Assembly: GCA_947501605.1 (NCBI GenBank)
Contig: CANMWZ010000033.1
Location: 1-48,780 of the forward strand
Length of the DNA stretch: 48,780 nucleotides
DNA from: Planctomycetota bacterium
Lineage (GTDB): Bacteria > Planctomycetota > UBA1135 > UBA2386
Direction: 5' to 3'
Position 1 is the stretch's first letter. Every line of letters begins with the position of its first letter. Under the pieces are notes generated by a model. That model saw nothing but the letters and a program-made list of their open reading frames with translations. It made no database searches and had not been told where the DNA came from. Made by a program: the position numbers and the translations under genes. Positions 18,826 through 28,700 of the stretch are shown here, piece by piece.

Positions 18826-19878
18826 ATGGTGCAGACCATCCTCGGTATCGAGACGTCGTGCGACGAGACCGCCGCTGCGGTCGTCGAGGACGGCGTACGC
18901 GTGCGGAGCAACGTGGTGCACTCGCAGGTGAACCTGCATGAGCGCTGGCGCGGCGTGGTACCGGAGATCGCGAGCCGATCGCACACCATGCGCATCCTGC
19001 CGATCGTGCAGCAGGCGCTCGAGGACGCGGGTGTTGCCGCGCGAGACCTCGACGCCATCGCGGTCACCCACCGACCCGGCATGGTTGGTTGCCTGCTGGT
19101 CGGCATGGCCGCCGCAAAGGCACTCGCGCTGCTGTTCGACAAGCCGCTGCTCGGCGTCGACCACGTGCAGGCGCACGTGCACACGGCGTTCCTGACCGCG
19201 CCCGACATGCTGCTGCCGTCGCTGTCGTTGGTTGCCTCCGGCGGCCACACGGCGATGTGGCTCGTGCGCGCACCGCTCGACACGGAGCGACTCGGAACCA
19301 CACGCGACGACGCCGCGGGCGAGGCTCTCGACAAGGGTGCCGCGTTGCTGGGACTGCCTTATCCCGGTGGACCTTCGATCGAAACCACAGGACTTGGTGG
19401 CAACCGTCGCGCAATCGACCTGCCTCGGTCGATGCTTGCGCCCGATTCGCTCGACTTCTCGTTCAGCGGGCTCAAGACCGCCCTGCTCTACCATCTGCGC
19501 GGCCCAGGTGCCGTTCGGCCACAACCAGTGCTCGCGCCGCGCGAACTGCGCGATCTTGCGGCGTCGTACCAAGAAGCGGTCGTCGACGTGTTGATCCAGA
19601 AGTTGGTGCGCGCCGTGAAGCGCCATCCCGTTCGCAGCTTGAGCATCGGCGGTGGCGTGGCTCGCAACGAACGCTTGCGCGAGCGACTCCAGCAAGAACC
19701 GGCGCTGCGGTCGCTGCAACTGATCTTGCCACCGCTCTCCTTCTGTTCTGACAACGGCGCGATGATCGCACTGATCGGCCATTTCCAGTTGCGGCAGGGC
19801 CTCACCGCTGGACTCGAGCTCGAACCTGTGGCCACGCCGCAGGCGGGTGGCAAGGCGACGTCGAGGAGCACGCGATGA
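18826..19878 (+). CDS. tsaD: tRNA N6-threonylcarbamoyltransferase
   Basis: LGIETSCDETAAA, GVVPEIASRSH, HVQAH, SGGHT, DDAAGEALDK, FSFSGLKT, DNGAMI. Confidence 0.97.
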   Translation: MVQTILGIETSCDETAAAVVEDGVRVRSNVVHSQVNLHERWRGVVPEIASRSHTMRILPIVQQALEDAGVAARDLDAIAVTHRPGMVGCLLVGMAAAKALALLFDKPLLGVDHVQAHVHTAFLTAPDMLLPSLSLVASGGHTAMWLVRAPLDTERLGTTRDDAAGEALDKGAALLGLPYPGGPSIETTGLGGNRRAIDLPRSMLAPDSLDFSFSGLKTALLYHLRGPGAVRPQPVLAPRELRDLAASYQEAVVDVLIQKLVRAVKRHPVRSLSIGGGVARNERLRERLQQEPALRSLQLILPPLSFCSDNGAMIALIGHFQLRQGLTAGLELEPVATPQAGGKATSRSTR

Positions 19879-20644
19879 GTCAAGACCACGCTCACGCGCG
19901 ACTGCGCAACCTGCTCGCCGAAGTGCAGCGTGGAGAACTCAGCGTCGAGGATGCGCTGCGATCCATCCAGCCGACCACGGATCTCGGCTTTGCGACCGTC
20001 GATCACGATCGAACGCAGCGCTGCGGCCTCCCCGAGGTCATCTTCTGCCAGGGCAAGACGGCCAGCGATGCGGCCGCGATCGCCGTGGAGATCGTCGCTC
20101 GCAGCGGCCGCGTTCTGTTGACCCGCGCAGCGCCAGAGCACGTTGCCGCGACCGCGGCGGCCATGCCGGACGCGATCCACCATGAACGCGCACGCTGTAT
20201 CACCGTCGACCGCGTGCCAGTCGCGCTCGTCGGACTCGTTGCGGTAGTCGCGGCTGGGACCGCCGATCTCCCGGTCGCCGAAGAAGCGGCGGTCACCGCG
20301 ACTTTTTCTGGCGCCAAGGTCGAACGGCACTTCGACGTTGGTGTCGCCGGCCTGCACCGCTTGCTCGCGCGCGTCCCAGCAATCCGGCGCGCCTCGTGCA
20401 CCGTCGCCGTAGCCGGCATGGAAGGAGCGCTGCCGTCCGTGCTCGGTGGCTTGCTCGATCGGCCGGTGTTTGCGGTGCCCACCAGCATCGGTTACGGCGC
20501 TCACTTCTCTGGCCTGGCCCCACTGCTGACGATGCTGAACTCGTGTGCCGCTGGGGTGTCGGTGGTCAACGTTGACAACGGTTTCGGGGCTGGTTATCTG
20601 GCTGCGCTCGTAAACCGCCAGACACACTCCAGGACGCCCTCGAC

Positions 20645-20648
<4 letters not shown>
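19875..20648 (+). CDS. larB: Nickel-pincer cofactor biosynthesis protein LarB (PurE-like)
   Basis: [67 protein letters not shown]. Confidence 0.93.
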
Positions 20649-21841
<1,193 letters not shown>

Positions 21842-21937
21842 CAACTCACGCGCCTTGGTCATCGCCAGGCCGGCGGCACTGGGCGCCAGCTATCGGCTAT
21901 CGCCTCGATGGCAACGCCGACGACCGTCAGCAGCAGC

Positions 21938-23566
21938 TCAGCGGGTTCGCGTCAGCAACTGCTCGCGCTGCCACTTCGGCAAGTAGAAGTCGACCAGGAA
22001 CGGGTTCCAGGCGCGATCCTCCTGCGCGAACGCGTCCATCTCCACGTACTGCCCGGTGAGATCTTGCACGCGGTGGTCCGGGTCGTCCTGGAGATCCGGA
22101 GCCTGCACACGCAAACCGTGCCGCTCCTCATAGCGAATGATCGGGTAGAGCTTGCCGCTGTCGCCGTCATCCTGGCGCAAGACCACCGAACGCGCCCGCC
22201 GAAGCACGTAAATGCGGTTCTCTTCGTTGCGCCGGTACATCGTCGCCAGGTGGATCGAGAAGACGTCCGACTTGGTCGTGCAGAACAACTTGAAGTCCGT
22301 CTTCACCTGCGGGTCCGCCAGCTGCGCAAACTCCTCGATCTGCTCGAGGTCGTCGACGGTCGCGAAGAACCGTAGCTTTGGCTCTTCGCCAAGCTGCAGA
22401 TCACCGAACGCGAATGCGTCGGCGTTCCCACCCGTAGCAGACTCCTCTTCGGCTTCCGGATCGGGCTCGTTGCGGAAGCGGAGGATGGCGTCAATCACGC
22501 CATCGGGGATCGCAGCCTCGGGCATGATCGCGCGCAACACCGGCCGCGGCGCCAGATTGATGTTGATGCGAATACCCTCGCCCAGAGGTTGGACTGCGGG
22601 TGCGTTCGGATCCGTGCTCGGCGCGAGCCCCCCGCCCGGTGCGCCCGCGCTTTGGGCACCGCCTGCACCCGCAGGCGCCGGGCTGCCGCCCTGAGCGGGA
22701 GCGCCGGATGCCGGGGCCCCACCGCCCTGCTGCGCCTGCCTGCGTGCCACCTTCTCGGGATCGCCTGGATCGATCTGCAACGACGTCCACACCGTGAGAA
22801 CGGACTCGAGTCCGCGCAGGACGCGACCGTCGATGACCTGATCGTAAAAAAGCTCCTCGGTGACGTCGGGCAGCAACAACAGCTCATCGACGTGAACCGG
22901 CAGCGCGAGCTCGGAGACCTTGGTGTCGTCGCTCTTCAATGGCGGCTTTGGCAGGCGATCACTGCCGGAGCGGCGCGCCCATTCTTCGATCGCTCGCACG
23001 ATGCGGTCGGCCTCGGAGCTCCCGAGGTCCTTGTCTGTGTCTTCGCGCAGCGAGTCGAGCAGGCGAATCAACTGATCGCGGCTGAACTCGGCCCACTTCG
23101 GGTCCGGGCTCCACAGCGATAGCAGGTTGAACTTCGCGTTCTCAGCCTCGACCCAGTAGTAGGTCGTCAGGTCGTTCTCGGCACGCGATTGTGGCTTGGC
23201 CCAACTGTCCCGACTGCTGTCGCAGGTGGTGCTGGGATCGGCCTCCTCGCCCTCTTCGCCAGCCTCAGGGGATTGGCCGCCGGGCGCCGTGACGCCGCCT
23301 GGCGCCCCCATGGCGCCCAGTGCACCGCCGCTCTCTTCGCCGGCGGCGGCGCCCGCCAGATCGGTCAGCAGCGTGTCCTCGACTTCGGCCAGCGTGTTGT
23401 CCATCTGGTTGCGCATGCGCGCAAGCAGGGCGTCGTTCTCCCCGGTTACGCGCAGCAAGCGCGCGGAAACCACCAGTTCGGCGACGAGGATGTAGAGCAG
23501 AATGCTGAAGATCAGCGCGAGGATCAGGGCAATGCCCTGCTGCTCGTTGCGTGCTCGGAACGTCAT
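21938..23566 (-). CDS. GspK-like minor pseudopilin, enlarged and acidic
   Basis: QQG|IALILAL prepilin-type site then hydrophobic helix; ENAKFNL, DELLLLP, ININLAPRPVL, SDVFSI motifs. Confidence 0.78.
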   Translation of the reverse strand: MTFRARNEQQGIALILALIFSILLYILVAELVVSARLLRVTGENDALLARMRNQMDNTLAEVEDTLLTDLAGAAAGEESGGALGAMGAPGGVTAPGGQSPEAGEEGEEADPSTTCDSSRDSWAKPQSRAENDLTTYYWVEAENAKFNLLSLWSPDPKWAEFSRDQLIRLLDSLREDTDKDLGSSEADRIVRAIEEWARRSGSDRLPKPPLKSDDTKVSELALPVHVDELLLLPDVTEELFYDQVIDGRVLRGLESVLTVWTSLQIDPGDPEKVARRQAQQGGGAPASGAPAQGGSPAPAGAGGAQSAGAPGGGLAPSTDPNAPAVQPLGEGIRININLAPRPVLRAIMPEAAIPDGVIDAILRFRNEPDPEAEEESATGGNADAFAFGDLQLGEEPKLRFFATVDDLEQIEEFAQLADPQVKTDFKLFCTTKSDVFSIHLATMYRRNEENRIYVLRRARSVVLRQDDGDSGKLYPIIRYEERHGLRVQAPDLQDDPDHRVQDLTGQYVEMDAFAQEDRAWNPFLVDFYLPKWQREQLLTRTR

Positions 23567-23636
23567 GGGTCGGTGCGCTAGCTGGGCCGGCGCGAAGGTG
23601 CCTCTGACGCGGCATCCTAGCCGTTCTTCCGTGCGA

Positions 23637-25139
23637 CTACTGCTCACGCTCGGTCGGCGAACCACGATCGTTGACGATGCGCGGCGTGATTTGAAACGCG
23701 ACGCTGGTTTCCTGCCGGCTGGTCGAGGTCGAGCGGAACAGGAACCCGAGCAACGGAATGTCGCCGAGGATCGGCACCTTGGTCTCGCTCTGAAAGGTCG
23801 TGACCGACTTCAGACCGCCGATCAGAAGGCTGTGGTTGTGCTTCAGGTAGACGGTTGTGACAGCGCTGCGTTGGCTGGTGATCGGTGTCACTACCGGCGT
23901 CGTGTTGGCAAAGCCGGTGACCGCCGAGACGTCGGCGTAGAGCTGGAGCAGCACCGTGTCCTTGCCTGCGATGACCGGGATGATGTTCATCTTGACCCCC
24001 ACAGGCTTGAAGTCGATTTCGGCTGCGACTTCAGTGCCGAGCTGATTGATCTTCGCTCGCGGGAACGGGATCTGGGTCAGCGTCGAAATCGAGGCGACGC
24101 CACCATTGCGCACGACCAGCTTCGGCGAACTGGTGATGTCGGCGACGTTGTTCGCTTCGAGCGCCTGCAGCACCAAGTTGAGTTCCCAGCTGTCATGAAT
24201 GCCACCCAGGGTGAACAAGCCGACATCGGTCACCGGGCTGGCACCCACCACGGGTTGGCGCAACGGGAAGATCGAGGTATAGGCCTGCACCAAGGCGCCG
24301 CTGCTCAGGTTTTCGAGGTTCGGCGTGCCTGCGTTCACTCGCGAGACACCGAACGCGAGTGCATCGGCATTGGTGTACTCGATGACCTGTACCGTGATCT
24401 CGATCTGCGGGATGCTGGTGTAGAAGAGATCGAGCGCCCCCTCGAACGCGGTCAGTCCCGCCGCCGTCGCGGTGACGAGCAGCAGCGCGACCGGAGTCGA
24501 ATTGGCCACATCGACCTGCATCGGCGCACCGGTGACCGCCGAGCCCTGTGACGGCATCGGCGGGTCAGCAATCCTGGCGCCGGTGAGCTTCTCGAAGTCT
24601 GCTAGGTAGGTGATCTCGATTTCCCGGCCGCGAAGCATCCGGCCCAGGATGCTGTGGCTGTCCGCACCACCTACCTTCGTGCCTGGAGCCGGAGCGGTGA
24701 TGGGCTTTCCGGCTTCGAACACCGGCTGTGGTTGCTCCGGCCGAATCTCGTGGATCAGCTTGAGAAAGGTCGGGCCGAGGTCGCCAACCAAGAAGTACTG
24801 CTTCGTGATCTCGCCACCCGGACCGATGAGAATGCTCGGGCCAAACAGACCACGGAGATGCGCTTCGACTTCGCTGCGCGTCGGCTGGCCCTGGGGTTCT
24901 TGCGCATCCAGCGCCGGTGCAACGCCCACTCCGCGCGCATTGCCGGGCATGTCCGACAGACCCACAACCAGGGAACCGTTGGTCGAGGCGTCGGCGGCGC
25001 GCATGCCATCCACACTCGCCTGCACATCCATCGCGTCGACGCGGTGTGCAGGAGCACTGACGCAGCCGCTCAGCAGAGTGACAAGGACCGCAGACCGCCA
25101 CAGACACTCTGCGTCAGCACCGAGGATCAGGCGGATCAC
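23637..25139 (-). CDS. Secretin (type II/III secretion family), short, with lipobox
   Basis: PQIEITVQVIE, LQALE..ITSSPKLVV.NG, VGVKMNIIP, LLIGGL, KVPILGDIPLLGFLFR, ITPRIV; LSGC lipobox. Confidence 0.92.
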   Translation of the reverse strand: MIRLILGADAECLWRSAVLVTLLSGCVSAPAHRVDAMDVQASVDGMRAADASTNGSLVVGLSDMPGNARGVGVAPALDAQEPQGQPTRSEVEAHLRGLFGPSILIGPGGEITKQYFLVGDLGPTFLKLIHEIRPEQPQPVFEAGKPITAPAPGTKVGGADSHSILGRMLRGREIEITYLADFEKLTGARIADPPMPSQGSAVTGAPMQVDVANSTPVALLLVTATAAGLTAFEGALDLFYTSIPQIEITVQVIEYTNADALAFGVSRVNAGTPNLENLSSGALVQAYTSIFPLRQPVVGASPVTDVGLFTLGGIHDSWELNLVLQALEANNVADITSSPKLVVRNGGVASISTLTQIPFPRAKINQLGTEVAAEIDFKPVGVKMNIIPVIAGKDTVLLQLYADVSAVTGFANTTPVVTPITSQRSAVTTVYLKHNHSLLIGGLKSVTTFQSETKVPILGDIPLLGFLFRSTSTSRQETSVAFQITPRIVNDRGSPTEREQ

Positions 25140-25516
25140 AGGTTGGCGATGACGTCGCTAGTCAGGTCCGTTGGAATGCGACCGTTGTCGTTGGTGATGT
25201 CTCCCGTTCGCACCACCAGGTCCTTGCTCGACTTCGTCGCTGCTGCCTGCGCCGCCGTACGGATCCGCCGGTCCATTTCGCCAACCAGCAAGATGTAGCG
25301 CGCTGACCCACGACGAACCGCGTCAGCCTGAATCGTCTGCCATTCGACTGTGGCTTCCCGGACCCGCTGCTCGTCGATGGTTGCCGGCGCCGAGGTGTTG
25401 CTGGCGCTGCCAAAGTAGACCACCGCATCCGTTCGGAGGTCGACTTGCGCGATGGCAGAGGCGGCGAACATCAGCAAGCCGCAGCAGATCTTGACGAGTC
25501 GAGACGAGATGACCAT
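25136..25516 (-). CDS. Small exported protein with Skp/OmpH-like termini
   Basis: Signal peptide ending AIA; RIRTAAQAAATKSSKDLVV...DLTSDVIANL resembles the Skp C-terminus; GTGA overlap with secretin. Confidence 0.65.
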   Translation of the reverse strand: MVISSRLVKICCGLLMFAASAIAQVDLRTDAVVYFGSASNTSAPATIDEQRVREATVEWQTIQADAVRRGSARYILLVGEMDRRIRTAAQAAATKSSKDLVVRTGDITNDNGRIPTDLTSDVIANL

Positions 25517-25589
25517 GACCAATACCCCCGAGGTGTCGCCCAGAGCAGCCAGAGTCGAAAACTCAGACTGCCGCGGACGAAACCGGACT

Positions 25590-25605
25590 AGCAAGGGTTG
25601 TGCCT
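25590..25605 (-). promoter_or_regulatory. Sigma-54 (-24/-12) promoter AGGCACAACCCTTGCT
   Basis: GG-N10-GC with GGCAC and TTGC, ~75 nt upstream of the 25516 start and just downstream of a sigma-54 activator gene. Confidence 0.8.
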
Positions 25606-25724
25606 CAGATTGCGCCATGGGACTTGGCCATTTCCCGAAGTTGTTGTCTTCCCGTCGTTTCTGATCCTTCCATAATTACTCTGGCCAGTCACGCCGGGGC
25701 TCCATCCAGGCCGATGGCCAGAAC

Positions 25725-28700
25725 TCACTTAGAATCCGCCACGCCCCCAAGCGGCCCATGGCTAGATGTTGGCCGATAACGAGCGCCCCGGCGGCTGCCG
25801 ACGCGCTCGGCAAGGCCGAGATCGACAAGCTGCTGCAGGTCACGGAGACCCGTCCGATGCGAGATACCGGTGCTCTCCATGTGGTCCTGGGTAGCCATTG
25901 AACCAGCGGCAACCAGTCGCTCGTAGAGGAGACGAACCCGGGGCGGCAGCGCGACCAGCACCACATCGGGCAGCGGCGGCAGAACTGCGGGCGCGCCAAC
26001 GGCAGCGGGACTCACCGAGGCCTCGGTCGGTTCGGCCGGGGGCCCTGGGACCACGACCGGTGATTCCACTGTCACCGATACGGCGCCACCGACCTCGATG
26101 GTCGAGGGACTCGCTGGACTTGGCACGGTGGCAGGCGCCCCTTGCGTCGGCGCCTGCGACACGACGGCCGAACCAGAACCTGGAGCTACCTGGCTTGACG
26201 ACGGCAGTGCCGCCATGACGTCGCGGCGCTCGACCAGCTCGCCGCCGGCCAAGACCATCGCGCGGTAGACCGCGTTGCGCAACTCGCGGATGTTCCCCGG
26301 CCAGTCGCGGCGGAACAGGTCGTCCATGGCATCGGTAGTGAAGGCTCGCACCCGACTCTCGCCGGACGCGACCACTTCACTGCGGAACTGCTCGACCAGA
26401 GCCGGGATCTCCTGGCGCCGATCGCGCAGCGGCGGCACCTGAACGATGATTCCCTGCAGCCGGTAGTAGAGGTCCTCGCGGAACCGACCATCGGCAACCA
26501 TCTGGCCGATGTCGCGGTTCGTTGCGGCGACGACGCGCACGTCGATCGGCACCGGATCCGCGCCGCCGACTCTATCGACCTCGCGTTCCTGCAGCACCCG
26601 CAACAGCTTGACCTGCACGTCGAGCGGGATCTCCCCCACTTCGTCCAGGAAGATCGTGCCGCCATTGGCCTGCTCGAACTTGCCGATCTTGCGCCGATCG
26701 GCACCCGTGAACGCGCCCTTCTCGTGACCGAACAACTCGCTGGCGAGCAGAGTCTCAGACAACGCCGCGCAGTGCACCTTGACGAGTGGCCCACCCGCAC
26801 GGCGACTCCAACGGTGCAGCAGGTTGGTCAGCACCTCCTTGCCCGAACCCGTCTCGCCCAAGAACAGCACAGCGATGTCCGTCGGGGCGACGCGACGCAT
26901 CGTGCGATACACATCGCGCATCGCCGAACTGACTGCGGTGATGCCCGCACGCCGCAGGCTGGCGTCGACTTCGACCTCGACCGCGACCGGGGTCAGCGCC
27001 GAGCCTGATGCCAGCCGATCGCGCAGCACGTCGAAGAGGAACTCCGCCGACGCAGCCTCTTCGGGAAAGACTGCTAGCGCACTCGTCGGCAGCTTGTCCT
27101 CGATGTCGCTTTCGGGGGCCTGCTCGACCACGCGCTGCCACGATTCGAGGATGCGCAGCACCAGCGCTTCGCCGCTCGAACGGTCGCTCTTCGGCGCCAG
27201 CAACTGAAACTGACCCGACCCCGAATGGCACAGTAGAGCGCCGCGAGGAAGGTGCTCGCGGAGCACTGCCGCGAAGCGGCGGAGCCCACGTGGGCGACCA
27301 GCACCATCGCCCAGCCCAAGCGCCAGTAGGACCAGCGGCGCACCGCGCTGCTGCGCGACTGCCACTTCTTCGGCAACACGACGACGGAAGTAGTCGGGCG
27401 CAAACGCACCGGTCAACGGATCCTGCACTGCGTGTCGATACAGCTGCGCGTTGTCGAGCGCGACTGCAGCCTGCGCCACAACCGTCGCCAGCAGTTGCAG
27501 GTCGATCTCCTTGGGGCTCGCCCCTTGGAAACCCAAGAGCACCGCGCCACGGCAGCGTCCGCCGACCAGCAGCGGAATGCCGACAATGCTGTGAATGCCG
27601 GGCAGGCGCTGCAGCAACTCGCTGAACACGATCGGCAGTCGACACAGCGAGAATGGCCCGAGTGCTTGCGACAAGAACGAGAAGGTCAACGCCAGCTCGA
27701 GTCGTTCGGTTTCGAGGCCGCCATGCAACTCGACCTTGTTGGTATCCGGGTCGATGACGGCAATGCGCACGCGATCCGCCGGAACATGCTCCTCGCAGAA
27801 CCGTCGCAGCACCGCGAGCGTGTGATTGCTGTCCAGTTGCGCCGAGAGGTCGCGCATCGCTCGGTTGAGCTTTTGCAGGTCGTACAGCCGCCCTTGCAGG
27901 TCGCCAGCCATCTTGTTGAACGTGCGCGACAGCTGGCCGAGCTGGCCTGGCTCGTCGACCGGGACACGCGCGTCGAGCTGACCCTCGGCGAGCAGTTGCG
28001 CCCCGCGCTCGATCTGCTCGATCGGGCGACTGATGCGATGACTGACGACGAACGACACGAACGTCGACAGCACGAGCAACAGCCCACCGACCAGCACGAA
28101 GAAGGCGCGCACCGGAATGCGACCAATCGACAAATCGAGCGTCGCCGGCAAGTCGGGCTGTGCAAGGACCAGTAGCGCTCGAGGTGTGTCTTGCAGATCG
28201 CGCAGCACTTCACAACCACACAGCCAGTCCCCGTAGGCCGAGGACGCTCGCTCAACCACCGACTGCCGCTGGTCCATCGCGGCAAACATCGCCCGCTCGC
28301 GACTCGCCATGCTCGCGGGATCGCGGCCGTGCAACAGCAACGCGCTTGGTTCGATGCGCGTACCCGCAACCTCGATTGGGTAACCGCGAGGGTCGCACAA
28401 CATGACCGACGCACCGGGTGCAAGAGCACCGAGCAGATCCGCTCCGAGTGGCCGGGCCACGGTCAGCGCCAGCGTGCCGCCGCGCACGGGAGCCTCGCTG
28501 CGAACAGCAATCACGACCGTGCCCCAGTGCACGTAGACACCCGGTTCCAAACGAGCCGGCGCCTCAGTGCTCGCGAGCCTCGTGTCGCCGGCAACCGTAC
28601 TGAGTCCCTGATCGGCGCGGCCAGCGGGCATTGGGATCCACTCGAGCTTCAAGAAGCCGCCTTTCCACTCGGGCGGCAACTGTCCGGCGAGGAGCTGTTG

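Noticed and set aside
27030..27430. Active diguanylate cyclase inside the sigma-54 activator
   Set aside because: DPLTG is present, but the GG(D/E)EF motif is replaced by SGSGQF and the metal-binding Asp appears absent.
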